From: a virus
Taxonomy: Duplodnaviria > Caudoviricetes
IMG/VR virus record: IMGVR_UViG_3300048818_000172
Span: 1 to 52,933 of that record
Direction: 5' to 3' (one strand)
Length of the DNA: 52,933 nt
Made by a program: the position numbers and the translations under genes. The notes under the pieces are model-generated. The model searched no databases and was not told where the DNA came from. It saw only the letters and a program-made list of their open reading frames with translations. Of the stretch, positions 16,201 to 25,465 are shown one piece after another (within the stretch, counting starts at the first letter, position 1; each line of letters opens with the position of its first letter).

Positions 16201-19200
16201 CGCATTCGCAACTTGGCCGCCCGGAATTGCTGGTGCGGGGGCGTTTGGAACGGGTGGCGGCTGCTGGGGGATTCGTTGGGGGCTTCCGGCAGGCTGGCGT
16301 GGTATGACCGGAGGCGCTGGAGCTTGACCCCGGTGTGCAAGGCTTGCTTTAAGAGCGACTGCAGCTCGGATGAGGCCGGCATTGCCTTTCTTCCCTTCTT
16401 GTTGTTGGGCCTCGGCAAGCACCTTGTCGAGCAGAGGCCCGAGGTCGCTGAGGGTTACCCCGTCTCGCATGGCTACCTGGATGATACGATCTTGCAGCCG
16501 GTCGTGCGCTGCTTCCAGCTCCGCCCCTTCGTTCACAACTTGCTTCTTCACCTCGGCCGGGTCAAAGCTGATTTCTCCGGGCGATAGCTGCTTGCCGTTC
16601 GCCACGCTCTGGGCCAGCTTGCGGGCGCGCCACGACTTCCGCACTTGCTGCCCCTCGGCCAGCGTGAGACCGAGTTTCCCCAGGCCACTCTCCAGCAGCT
16701 GCCCCATGCGCTGCTTCGCGTAGGCGGTGCCGTCCTCCTTCGCCATCGCCGGATGTTGGCGAATCTCGTTGTAGGACGAGTCGTCGAGCCACTGGCGGAG
16801 GACGTGGTTCTCGTGCGGGTCGAGGCCGCTCATTCCGATAACCCGGTCCATCGCGTCCATCGGGGAGAGGTTGCCGGCGGCATAGTTGTCCCAAACCCCT
16901 TGCTTCGTGGCGAGGGGCGCGGCAATGAGCCCCCTGACCGCGCGCGGCGGCATGTTGGCGAGGTCGGCCTGGTCGCGAGCCTTGAGCCGCTGAGCCGCTT
17001 GCACGGCGTCGAGCGTGTGACCGGGCCCCAAGGGCGCCTTGGCCCCTTTCAGCTTCGCCTGCGCCTCCTCGATCGCCGCCAGGCCGCGCTGTTTGTCCAG
17101 CGTGCGCTCCAGCAGCTTCATCCGCTGCTTCGCGGCGGCAATGTCCTTGCGCGCGGCATTGATTTCCTTGGCCTTGTTGCCGCCGATCGCCTGCTGGTTC
17201 TTGTAGCCGGCGAGCCGGGACTGAGCCGCGTTCATGGCGGTGATGGTCTGGAGGTGATCCGCTTCGAGCGACGTTACTTGCTCGCGCGCGGTCCGCTGGT
17301 CGGAGAGCTGGTTGCCGACCGGCGGCCGTTGCCGGGCGTTGCCCTCCCACAGCTTCTTGCCGGCGCCCGTCCGGCCGCCCTCGGAGGGGGTGACGTCGCC
17401 GAACATGCGATGTACATAGTCGTAGATGCCCCTCGCCAGGCCCCGAGGTGCGTTCTCGCCGACCGTGCGAACCGTGTTGACCGAGAAGCTGTTATCTGCG
17501 TTCCGCCCGACCGATGCCTCGGCCACGTTCTGGCCGTTGGCCCCCCGGATTTCAATGCCAATCTCTCCACTGGCCTGCTGGCGCTGGTGGAGGGTGTAAC
17601 TCTCCCCGTCCGATGCCCGAAATGAGGGATGGCCGCCTTCGGTCTGCTCGAAGCGTGTCCCGGTGTCGAGCCAGCGCTGGCCTTGCTCCCCGACCGGCCG
17701 CATGTCCAGGTCATTCGCCGAGGCTACCGCCCCCTCGTGAGACAGACCGCGGCGGCGCGCAGCCCGGTAATCGTCATGCCACGGGGTAGTTTGCTCCGGC
17801 GGAGGGGCCCGCAGGTTCTCGGGAACCATTGCATGGCCAGCTTGGGGCTCGATCCCCGGGCTGGTTTCTGGGGCGCCACTGGCCGCTGTCGGCTGTTCCT
17901 GGGGAACGGGCGGCGGTGCCGGTGCGCTCGTCTCCGTCGATCCTGGCGCTTCTGGGGGTGGTGCTGCCGCGGGCTGTTCAGGTGCGCCTGGGGGCGCACC
18001 TGGGCCTCGGCGGATGCTGTCCCGCACCACTCCCTGGACGTGATCCTGGAACCGGGCTGCGAAGCTGCGCGTATCTCCCCCGGTTGGGCTGTTCTGCAAG
18101 TCGTGCATCGCCGCTTTAAGTATTTCCTGGGCTTGGCTTTCCGAGAACCCGGCCGTCTTGAGGTCGGCAACGCTGCTACGGAAGGCCTCCATGACGGTCT
18201 GCCCTGCGCGCGGAGGAGGCCGCTGTCCGCCACCAGGTCGGCCGCCACCTCCCGGCGGTGGTTGGCCGCCACCAGGAGGAGGCTGGGGCGAAGCACCAGG
18301 AGGAGGAAGGCCGCCGGGCGCCGACTGGTCGGTCAAGCCGGGGGGCCCCTGCGGGTGTGGCTCGGCGGCCGGAGGTCGGCCGGCGTCATGGATGGCCGCG
18401 AAGATGGCGGACGCGGCCACCTGGCGGGTAAGGTCCTCCCAGCCCTTGCCGTGCTCGCCGCGCATCATGGCGCCGATGAACCCGTACCCGGTGTCGAGGC
18501 CATGCACGCCACCGAGAACGTCACTGGCAGCGCTGCTCACAACGTCGAGCGACTGCTGGGCTATGACGTCGGCGCCCACGTTCACGCCGAATCGTGCCAA
18601 GGCTCCCCTGATGCCCGTTAAGCCGAGGACTTCGCCGGGCTTGCCGAACGCGCCCATAACGGCAGTCTGGGCCATGGCGTGGATGAACGGTGCCGGGAAG
18701 CCGGCCGGATGCAGCGGGTCCCGTCCGGCGGCTATGTTCCCCTCGGCAATCTGGTTGGCGTACAGCGACGGCAATACCGCGGTGTGGGCTGCAAGTCGGC
18801 CGCCAAGAGCAGCGGTCTCGACTGCCGCGCCTCGGCCAGCGAACGCAAACACTCCACCGACGCCGGCGGCACGGAGTACGGCGCCGCCAAAGAAGGCTTC
18901 TTGCGCCATGCCGACGAGTCGAGCGGCATCTTCGGTAAGCGCGCCCCCTGTCGTGCGGTTCTGCCCTGCCCGAAGCTCCTGGACGTGTTCATGCAGCGCG
19001 ATGGTCGCGAAGTCCTCGGGCGCTGGAGTGCCGGCGTCGAAGCGCTCCCTGGCGCGGCCGTATCCTGCCGTGCGGCCAAACCCGATCAAGCTGCCACCAA
19101 CCGCGGCCAGGTTCATCGGGTCAGCCCGGTCTCGCGCCTCCACTCCGGCCTCAAGATCGTGCCGCTGTTGGAAGCGGGCCGCGTTGAGCTGCGCATTGTT

Positions 19201-19464
19201 GCGGGCGCGTTCGTAGTGGCCGCGCATTTCCGTGGGGTCCATCAGCGGGAAGGCCGTCGAGAAGTTGTCTCGAACATCTGACCAGGCCGGCGGGATGACC
19301 GGCGGTTGGGATGGGGTAAACGGCGCAGCGGCTGGCGCAGGGGCGGCTGCCGCCGGCGAGGGGCTGGCCGGTGGCGGCGCTGCTGGCGACTCCATCGCTG
19401 TTGGCACTGCTGCCGCCGCCGCGCCCGCAGCTACCGGCTCGGGTTGCTCAATATCTTCGTCCAT
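13249..19464 (-). CDS. Large internal virion / DNA-ejection (polyvalent-type) protein, 2071 aa
   Basis: Size and position at the end of a podovirus structural operon. Hydrophobic segments near both termini. Internal GNAT-like and sigma-4-like segments. Confidence 0.75.
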   Translation of the reverse strand: MDEDIEQPEPVAAGAAAAAVPTAMESPAAPPPASPSPAAAAPAPAAAPFTPSQPPVIPPAWSDVRDNFSTAFPLMDPTEMRGHYERARNNAQLNAARFQQRHDLEAGVEARDRADPMNLAAVGGSLIGFGRTAGYGRARERFDAGTPAPEDFATIALHEHVQELRAGQNRTTGGALTEDAARLVGMAQEAFFGGAVLRAAGVGGVFAFAGRGAAVETAALGGRLAAHTAVLPSLYANQIAEGNIAAGRDPLHPAGFPAPFIHAMAQTAVMGAFGKPGEVLGLTGIRGALARFGVNVGADVIAQQSLDVVSSAASDVLGGVHGLDTGYGFIGAMMRGEHGKGWEDLTRQVAASAIFAAIHDAGRPPAAEPHPQGPPGLTDQSAPGGLPPPGASPQPPPGGGQPPPGGGGRPGGGQRPPPRAGQTVMEAFRSSVADLKTAGFSESQAQEILKAAMHDLQNSPTGGDTRSFAARFQDHVQGVVRDSIRRGPGAPPGAPEQPAAAPPPEAPGSTETSAPAPPPVPQEQPTAASGAPETSPGIEPQAGHAMVPENLRAPPPEQTTPWHDDYRAARRRGLSHEGAVASANDLDMRPVGEQGQRWLDTGTRFEQTEGGHPSFRASDGESYTLHQRQQASGEIGIEIRGANGQNVAEASVGRNADNSFSVNTVRTVGENAPRGLARGIYDYVHRMFGDVTPSEGGRTGAGKKLWEGNARQRPPVGNQLSDQRTAREQVTSLEADHLQTITAMNAAQSRLAGYKNQQAIGGNKAKEINAARKDIAAAKQRMKLLERTLDKQRGLAAIEEAQAKLKGAKAPLGPGHTLDAVQAAQRLKARDQADLANMPPRAVRGLIAAPLATKQGVWDNYAAGNLSPMDAMDRVIGMSGLDPHENHVLRQWLDDSSYNEIRQHPAMAKEDGTAYAKQRMGQLLESGLGKLGLTLAEGQQVRKSWRARKLAQSVANGKQLSPGEISFDPAEVKKQVVNEGAELEAAHDRLQDRIIQVAMRDGVTLSDLGPLLDKVLAEAQQQEGKKGNAGLIRAAVALKASLAHRGQAPAPPVIPRQPAGSPQRIPQQPPPVPNAPAPAIPGGQVANAPEGAGGGRPPVGSAPAPSGGNAVADNVVRSPEQVAWGAAGAEQGVPADHLHSRAAEIVKEAADHLAEMTAFRKMIWKEFPKLRTVIMRAGKGLGVDAVRELDDIAQHRITGEWHNLLGHDPAVREERLLQLLQTPVGKPISEDAAYRQALVELVPVTREEVTDVNQAAARRGDRPYHPAEIDAAREIVSGEAGEGEERGEAWEHPADRGPTSITAPGGAPDIPGVPFRHAGTELAARPGAPGIEQRIPDTRGYPRRSGAIDLTIFKDLGPVVRDWWQGFYDAVEKMGGVSLPKTTRMNRDVATRMMEWGASSTYAKEAGPVWARKILGEHFTDVLDRGAASALYELRFRTAKENLRKLANAALARGDKKSAAEYDTKAQAITTVFGMPGSMITDEAQYQRIVNSPVFGQIMTRYVEFGRVLDTLYTKANGKPPDSITQIPGLPFNAKVLQEGDLTGEGKVYRSARGKLRNIRQKKDPFSEEAGLDAEAYDLRISSMIQNSLDRRTNLANRAEANREIVAQGLGFWGNAQSERTKGDAVFQEVPFVKPPKGTQEAIRGMESLYLHPNIFREYLQLLDYEDRWWQAPAFSDYISPALTAVSLASTTEFLAHTANNLTAMMQPGMRFRDFFNNFVEVAHDTPAIRDAIVELARINAMKERNSVESGSIYGGKTFGILDKPLPAKADPTYWMGRFLDNFTRAMRLTAGNAHDRLAAAGKIKGGALEKANFINKLTGNYNELTQSRLVQFLRNTGIGPFAVAAANFNARAWDKVMLFRTGHNATSAQADLFLRSSMLMKFTALLVGASLVNLFAWGRWDGDDNTPFGAILIGHTADGQSIYLDPQRLTGFRRAGQISGVSSLVEGIRQHKTPGQTIDRMVPDIAHGLFHPAMGPAVSFIDTALTGENSIGMRMADRAAPGESQRWNNLMAAIRTANPPIATLTGFDRPREQHQARDAFRLMGSFGPQFRGRTQGGLTDAELARMGLRR

Positions 19465-19467
19465 GGA

Positions 19468-21036
19468 TCACCTAAGACTCGGCTCGCCGCCGTATCGTCG
19501 AGCGAACGCTGCCTCATTCGCCGCTCGCTGTGCCGCAGTTTGGGGCGGGTCCGGCATAAACGCCCGCTCCCACCATGAAGGCGATGATGCAGCTGCTGCC
19601 GGCGCTGGCGCGCCAGCCGGGGTGACTGCAGGCGGCGGAGTGCCGCCCGTTGCTCTGGGCGCGGCACCTCCCCCGCCGCCGCCGAGTTGCTGCATCAAAG
19701 CCGTGAAAGCCTGGGTTTGCGCCGCGCCCTGCGCGCCACCGGTGAGAACGTGACCCTGGCCGACCGATGCGAGGTGTCGCCGCAACCGCAGATCGGTTCG
19801 CCGCTGAATCTGTTCCTCGTTCGTTCCGCCCTCGGCCGCGTCTTGATGCCACTCCGGGCGCGGCGGCCTCGGCGTCGTCGTGCTGGTGTGGTTCAGGTAC
19901 GCGGCGAGTTCGTGGCGAACCCCCGTTTCGATGTGCTGGCGCTGTGTGGCAATCTGTTGCGGCGTCATGTCGGTACTTTTCTCCGGCTTCTCGGGCTTCT
20001 CCGGCTTCTCCGGTTTCAATTCGGTTATGTTGCCATTCGTAGGGTTGATGTGATACCACCCGCCATTGGGGGCCTGAAACATGGTCCGGTGCGCTTCAGC
20101 GGCCATGTGCGCCGCGTCACCGGTCAGCATCGCCGTGCGGTGTGCGTTGGCCTGCTGTGCTTGGAGAAGCTGCTGCTTCGCAATCAATTCAGGCAACGAG
20201 CCCTGGCGGGCCCAAAGGTCTTGAGCCTGCTGCTGAATCTGCTGCCGCAGTCTGCCGGCATCTTGCGGCGTCAGGTCCCCGCGGTGCATCGCCTCGTCAA
20301 CGCCGGACATGGATTGCTGGAGTGCCTGCGCGCGCATCGTCTCGGGTTGCGAAAGCTGTACCCGCTGAATCGTCTGGTTCAAATCCCGCAGCCGGTTTTC
20401 TGGGGTATCGGGAAGCACCTGCCCGGACCCGGGGCCGGTCTGGAACATGCGGGAGCCCGGCGCGTTGGGCTGAGGGTTTTGAGCCGCTTGAGCTGCAGCG
20501 CTTCCTGGGATCGGTTCGAACATGCCAGCGTGTGCCCCAGGCGCTGACGATTGCTGATAGCCGGCGGGCGCGGCGCCCGCACTTTGAAGGTAATCCGCCA
20601 GCTCGTTGGGGCTGCCGAACTGCCCGAGGCCATGCTGCCGTTGAATAATCGCGGCATCATGTTCCGCCTGGTGCCGAGGGCTGCCAGACTCCGGTATCGG
20701 CCCCTGCATTCCCAGCGGTCGCAACGGCCGAGACCAATCGGACGGGTCGGCGGCGTATGCCGGGTTCGACTGCTGCGCCGGCTGAGGGGCCGGCGCTCCC
20801 CCGTAGGCCGAGGCCCAATCGCCACCCCCGCCGCTGCCGGTGTCCTGTTGTGGCGCCGCTGGCTGCGGAGAATAGCCGCCCCAATCCCCGCCGGCGCCGC
20901 TGCCGTCGTCGCGAGTCTCGGCGTTTGCCGACGAAGCCTGCGATTCGATTCGAGCCGGGTCAATCCGCTGCGCGGCGACGGCATCGCGTTCGTTAATAAG
21001 CCGCAGCTCCCGCTCCGCCACGCTTTCTTCGGCCAT
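19468..21036 (-). CDS. Putative internal virion / ejection protein
   Basis: Gln/Ala/Pro-rich and helical. Directly upstream of the 2071-aa gene. Confidence 0.6.
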   Translation of the reverse strand: MAEESVAERELRLINERDAVAAQRIDPARIESQASSANAETRDDGSGAGGDWGGYSPQPAAPQQDTGSGGGGDWASAYGGAPAPQPAQQSNPAYAADPSDWSRPLRPLGMQGPIPESGSPRHQAEHDAAIIQRQHGLGQFGSPNELADYLQSAGAAPAGYQQSSAPGAHAGMFEPIPGSAAAQAAQNPQPNAPGSRMFQTGPGSGQVLPDTPENRLRDLNQTIQRVQLSQPETMRAQALQQSMSGVDEAMHRGDLTPQDAGRLRQQIQQQAQDLWARQGSLPELIAKQQLLQAQQANAHRTAMLTGDAAHMAAEAHRTMFQAPNGGWYHINPTNGNITELKPEKPEKPEKPEKSTDMTPQQIATQRQHIETGVRHELAAYLNHTSTTTPRPPRPEWHQDAAEGGTNEEQIQRRTDLRLRRHLASVGQGHVLTGGAQGAAQTQAFTALMQQLGGGGGGAAPRATGGTPPPAVTPAGAPAPAAAASSPSWWERAFMPDPPQTAAQRAANEAAFARRYGGEPSLR

Positions 21037-21045
21037 GACCGGCTC

Positions 21046-23154
21046 CTAAAAGTCCTTGCCTCTTGAATCAATGTACCATTGCACGGACAAGCTGTACGTC
21101 GTGCTGACCGCCGAGGTGCCTGCCACGTAAACCTGTTGGCTCGTGTTGGTCTGCATCAACACCGTACCGTAGCCGCTTACCCCCGTCGTGATGGACGCGC
21201 AGAAATAGGTGAGGGGATTCAGGCCCGGAGTTTGCGCGCTATCGCCCAGGCCGGAAATGATGGCCAGCGACTCGTTGGTCACCGTGCCGGCGATGTTGGC
21301 GTAGATCAGCGCCGAGACGGAGATTCCGGCCGGTGTGTAGCTGAGCGTAACCGCCGTGAACGTCGTAGCAGGCGCGGCACCAGTGATGTCATTAGTAATG
21401 TCGAACCAGATGAACTTGTCGCCGATCTGCGTGAATTTCAGGAAGTGGCTCGACGCATCGGTCCGCACCGATCCGATGTAGCGGAAGTAAGTGTACCCGG
21501 TCGGCATGGCGGGACCGGTGGCCACGGCCGCCTTCGTGTAGATGATGTCAAAGAGGCCGGAGCCGTTGCTGATGATGTAGACCTTATACCACGTCGAGGC
21601 GGCGATCGATCCGGTGTCAATGCCGCCGTTGCCCGTTCCCGAGGCCCAGGCCGCTGTCGTTTTGGTGAATGCCGAAACGAGGGGCATGCTGAGCGCGTTG
21701 GTGCTGTCCCGCGCCAGGCCAATCGCAATTCCGATCGCCGTGGTGCTGCTTTGGGAGAGGGTGAGGCCGTCGATGTAACCACGCGGACAACTCGCGTCGA
21801 CGTACATCTTGTTTGCCCCATCCGTGGGATTGACCGCGCCCCCCACATTGGTAAGCACATGGCCGTTCATCGACAAGTTGCCGGCCGGCGGCGTGATGGC
21901 GTCGAGAGTCGGCAGGTAAGCAAAACCGATCGCCGTCCCGTGCCAGACGCCAGTAACGATCGTGCCGAGCGTAGTAATGTCGGTGCCGATGAGCTTGGCG
22001 GCGGCGATCGATCCGGCGAGCATGGCGTTGGTCACCGCCGCGGCCGCGATCGTGGTAACCATCCCCACCGAGGTAACATTGCCGGTCATGTTGCCAAACG
22101 CCGGCGCCGCGTCCGACCGCATGTAGGTGGCGGCCGATCCGTTGACGGCGGCGGTGCCGATGGTGGCGGTTGGGTTGCCAGCAGCTGCCGGCGCGCTGCC
22201 GCTCGCCGCTGCCGTCACGAGCCCCTTGGCATTGACCGTAATGCTGGCGAAGGTGAAGCTGCCGACGTTGCCGTTGACCGTGGCCAGCGTCGTTGCCACG
22301 GCGCCCGCAACCGTCGTTATGTCTCCCGTCAACGCCGGCATGTTCGCCGCCGGCAGAGTGCCCGTCACGGTCGACGTGGTGAGAGCGATCGTGAAACCGG
22401 CCCCCGTGGCGCCGCCGGTGAGCGTGCCTACGCTGGTTAGTGAGGACGCGAGCACATTGCTTGCGAGCGTGGCGCCTGTGAGCGTGCCGGCAGGCGCGGC
22501 ATTCAGGGCCGCCAGCGTGCCGAGTGTCGGCGTGCCGGTGAGAAGCGAGTAGGGAATGGACCCCGCGGAGAGCGTGCCGACGCTGGTAAGCGAGGAAGAG
22601 AGGACGTTGGAGGCGAGCGCGGACCCTGTGAGTGTGCCGGCGGCTGCCGCCACGGTAATATCGGCCGTGCCGTCGAAGGTCACCCCGTTGATGTGCCGCC
22701 CGGTTTGCAGAGCCGTGGCCGTGGCCGCGTTGCCGGAGCAAGTGCCCGCTGTCGTTGCTGTTGTCGCTGTCGTGGCCGTTGTCGCGGTAGCGGCATTGCC
22801 CGAGCAACTGGCCGCCGTCGTCGCCGTGGCAGCGTTGCCCGTGCAACTCCCCGAACTGCCCGAGACCGAGGTTTGGTCACCGGTATTAGTCCCCGAGCTG
22901 GACCCCGAGAAGTTGGAGCCGCTGATTGTCCCCACGGCCGCCACCGACGAGGGGGTTATGGCCCCCAGCGTGAGGGTGATGGCCGGCGTTGTCGTCGCGT
23001 TGGCCACCGTTCCCGAGACACCGTTGGCTGTCACCAGGCTAACCGTGGTCACCGAGCCGAGGCCCGCGGGCAAGTCCGCAAGCCCGATAAACTCGAAGTC
23101 CACCGCTTCGACAAGGCCGTTTGCCAGGGTGATTCGGCTCAGAAACCGATTCAT
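21046..23154 (-). CDS. Tail fibre protein
   Basis: T/A/G-rich repeats (GNAATAT; AGTLTGxxLASNVLxSSLTSVGTL twice), DGANKMYVD, and a C-terminal GTGNGGIDTG...STWY...RYIGSVRTD domain. ATG overlaps the upstream stop. Confidence 0.85.
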   Translation of the reverse strand: MNRFLSRITLANGLVEAVDFEFIGLADLPAGLGSVTTVSLVTANGVSGTVANATTTPAITLTLGAITPSSVAAVGTISGSNFSGSSSGTNTGDQTSVSGSSGSCTGNAATATTAASCSGNAATATTATTATTATTAGTCSGNAATATALQTGRHINGVTFDGTADITVAAAAGTLTGSALASNVLSSSLTSVGTLSAGSIPYSLLTGTPTLGTLAALNAAPAGTLTGATLASNVLASSLTSVGTLTGGATGAGFTIALTTSTVTGTLPAANMPALTGDITTVAGAVATTLATVNGNVGSFTFASITVNAKGLVTAAASGSAPAAAGNPTATIGTAAVNGSAATYMRSDAAPAFGNMTGNVTSVGMVTTIAAAAVTNAMLAGSIAAAKLIGTDITTLGTIVTGVWHGTAIGFAYLPTLDAITPPAGNLSMNGHVLTNVGGAVNPTDGANKMYVDASCPRGYIDGLTLSQSSTTAIGIAIGLARDSTNALSMPLVSAFTKTTAAWASGTGNGGIDTGSIAASTWYKVYIISNGSGLFDIIYTKAAVATGPAMPTGYTYFRYIGSVRTDASSHFLKFTQIGDKFIWFDITNDITGAAPATTFTAVTLSYTPAGISVSALIYANIAGTVTNESLAIISGLGDSAQTPGLNPLTYFCASITTGVSGYGTVLMQTNTSQQVYVAGTSAVSTTYSLSVQWYIDSRGKDF

Positions 23155-24650
23155 GGAAATGACCCCGAGAGTCCCGAACCACCTCCGCCGCCCCCGCCGA
23201 CCAGCAGCCACACCGCCGATCCAGGCGCGTCTGAAATATTAACATAAACCCCGTTGGTGGCCGTGTTGATCCAGAGCACACCCGGCGTAACCCCGACCGT
23301 TGAATCGTCTCCAGGTCCTGGCGCCCGTGCCACTTCGAAGGCCCCGCTCGCGATCGCCCAACTTGTGGGCGATGTTTGCAGTAGCTGCCCCTTGCCGATC
23401 AAGCTATTCACGATTTGAGACGCCAGTTCTGTGAACCGCCGCATGCGAGGGTCTTGCACCGGATCGCGCGGCAGCAGCGGAGCAAGCTGGCCCGGCCTCG
23501 GCGCCGGCGGCGGCGGGGGCGGGGGAGGTGCGGTCGACGGCGAGAACGTCGGCGGCGGGATCGGCAGGACGGCCACCCAAGGAGCACCTCGCATTGCGGG
23601 CCCGTGCGCAATCTCCGGGGCGTATATCTGGGAGCCGACCCTGGCCGCCGGCGGCGGCGCTTGCACCAGGTTCTGCAACTGGCCGGCGAGGTGAGCGCTT
23701 CCGAACGGCGCCCCGCGCATCGGCGGACCGCTCCGCACCTCGGCCGCGTAATGCGGGATGATCGTCCCGGACGGAATCACGTTCGGCGCGAGCTGAACGA
23801 TCGACGGCTGCACGGGAAGATGCTGGAGCCAGGGCGCGCCACGTAAAGGCGGGCCGCCCTTTATCTCCGGCGAGATGATGAACGACGGCGACGGCAGCGC
23901 CGGCGGTGGCCGCTGCACGACGGACGGCGTGATCGGCAGCAGCTGGGCGAATGGAGCGCCGCGCATCGGCGGACCGTGAACTATCTCCGGCGCGTACTGC
24001 GGGATTTGCGGCACTACAACGCTGGCGGCGTAGCTGGCCGCGCAGCCGATCCAGACCACGATTTGCTGGGAGTTGAAGGTGGCCCCTTCGTTGACCAGCG
24101 CGTTCGTATCGTCGGCAGTTCCCAGCCCAGCCTCTGCAGCGCCATTGAGCAGCGCGGCCCTGTTCGTGAAGGGGCTACTAACCGTGCTGCCGGTGACCGC
24201 TCGTGTGCCCTGGGCATAGGCCGCTGTCACCAGATCGCCAGGATTCGCGATCGTCACTGTGCCGCTGCCTGGCGTGGACGTCGTGCCGAATGCGGCGGTT
24301 GTGTTGGTAACCGGCGCGGTCTGGTTTACGCCACTGTACTCGGCCACGGCGATGCTAAGGGCCGTGTTCTGGTTGGGCGTAACCGTGACCGTGGGAGTCC
24401 CGCCGGCCGTGTTCGGGATGTAATACTTGCCGACTTGGTTGCCAGAGCCACCGGTCTGGATGGCCACGCTGTAGGTGCCATTGATGCTGTCCGAGACGGT
24501 GAAGCTCGTTGCGGAACCGGCGAATGAACCGACCGTGACTTCCAAGAGATTGCCAGGCGTGACAGCCTGCGAGAACGCCAGGGTCTGCGGCGATGGGGAC
24601 GCGGCGAACTGCGCCGCGTTGAACGAACCTGGGACGAAGGCGACACCCAT
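23151..24650 (-). CDS. Putative virion protein: beta-rich N-domain, four Pro-rich repeats, fibre-like C-terminus
   Basis: Four PE[IV]xxGPxMRGAP[FW]-type repeats. APGPGDDST.G...GVLWIN motif. Confidence 0.65.
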   Translation of the reverse strand: MGVAFVPGSFNAAQFAASPSPQTLAFSQAVTPGNLLEVTVGSFAGSATSFTVSDSINGTYSVAIQTGGSGNQVGKYYIPNTAGGTPTVTVTPNQNTALSIAVAEYSGVNQTAPVTNTTAAFGTTSTPGSGTVTIANPGDLVTAAYAQGTRAVTGSTVSSPFTNRAALLNGAAEAGLGTADDTNALVNEGATFNSQQIVVWIGCAASYAASVVVPQIPQYAPEIVHGPPMRGAPFAQLLPITPSVVQRPPPALPSPSFIISPEIKGGPPLRGAPWLQHLPVQPSIVQLAPNVIPSGTIIPHYAAEVRSGPPMRGAPFGSAHLAGQLQNLVQAPPPAARVGSQIYAPEIAHGPAMRGAPWVAVLPIPPPTFSPSTAPPPPPPPPAPRPGQLAPLLPRDPVQDPRMRRFTELASQIVNSLIGKGQLLQTSPTSWAIASGAFEVARAPGPGDDSTVGVTPGVLWINTATNGVYVNISDAPGSAVWLLVGGGGGGGSGLSGSFP

Positions 24651-24661
24651 CGGGAGCCCTC

Positions 24662-24694
24662 AAACGAAACGGGCGGCCGCGCTGGGCCGCCCGT
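24662..24694 (-). terminator. Putative intrinsic terminator
   Basis: ACGGGCGGCC-6 nt-GGCCGCCCGT followed by TTCGTTT on the - strand. Confidence 0.5.
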
Positions 24695-24715
24695 GCTGAT
24701 CGAACGGCGCGAGGG

Positions 24716-25444
24716 TTAGTTGAGCCCGAGCATCTGCAATTGTTTCAGGGTCGCAGTGTTCGACGCGCTGCTTGCGCTCCACGTACAGGACAAATTCACG
24801 TAGTACGTGACCGAGCCGTCAATCGTGGCCGTCCATGTCGCGGTCGGCGGAGTCGTCGGTTCGAGCGCGTACTGGAACGGCGAGGCAAAGCCGCCCGGCG
24901 ACGACACATAGCCGTTAGCCGTAAGTGTCGTGTTGCCGCTCCCGAGCCCCGCCGTGTAGCACGTCAGGTCGAGCCGGCTTTCCCACCACTGATTGGAGAC
25001 GCCCGAGGCCGTGGTGATGGCGACCGAGACGCCAACCGACGTGCCGGAGAGGTAGGAGCTGCCAAGCGTCGTGCCGAGCCGCCACTGGAAGATGATTGTC
25101 GGCGTCGACGTGGTGCTGAGGATGCCGCGCGCGATCAAGCTGATGCCGCGCTGCTTTCCCTGCTTGTTGTAAAAGAACAGCGCCGGGAGAACCGGCTGAT
25201 CGTTCACGCCCGCCAGCAACGAGCCCTCGCTGGCCGACGTGTTGAAGGCCGAGTAATCGGCCCCGTTGTTGAACATGCACTCCGTCCAGGTGCCGGTTGT
25301 CCCGGAGCACCGGAGGCGGTTCATGCGCCGGCGCGTGCGCTGCGCCAGCAACAGGCCAGGGTCAACCCGCGGAAGGTTGACAAGATCGGCCGCCTTGTAT
25401 GGCTTGAACGCCGGCGGCATCGGAGGGAGCATAAGACCGTACAT
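24716..25444 (-). CDS. Putative virion structural protein
   Basis: S/T/G-rich beta-type sequence in the structural operon. RBS AAGGA. Confidence 0.65.
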   Translation of the reverse strand: MYGLMLPPMPPAFKPYKAADLVNLPRVDPGLLLAQRTRRRMNRLRCSGTTGTWTECMFNNGADYSAFNTSASEGSLLAGVNDQPVLPALFFYNKQGKQRGISLIARGILSTTSTPTIIFQWRLGTTLGSSYLSGTSVGVSVAITTASGVSNQWWESRLDLTCYTAGLGSGNTTLTANGYVSSPGGFASPFQYALEPTTPPTATWTATIDGSVTYYVNLSCTWSASSASNTATLKQLQMLGLN

Positions 25445-25465
25445 GGGAAGTCCTTTCGAAAGAGG

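Noticed and set aside
21046-23154. Diversity-generating retroelement or invertible tail-fibre switch
   Set aside because: No reverse transcriptase, invertase or template/variable repeat pair seen. The internal repeats are ordinary fibre repeats.
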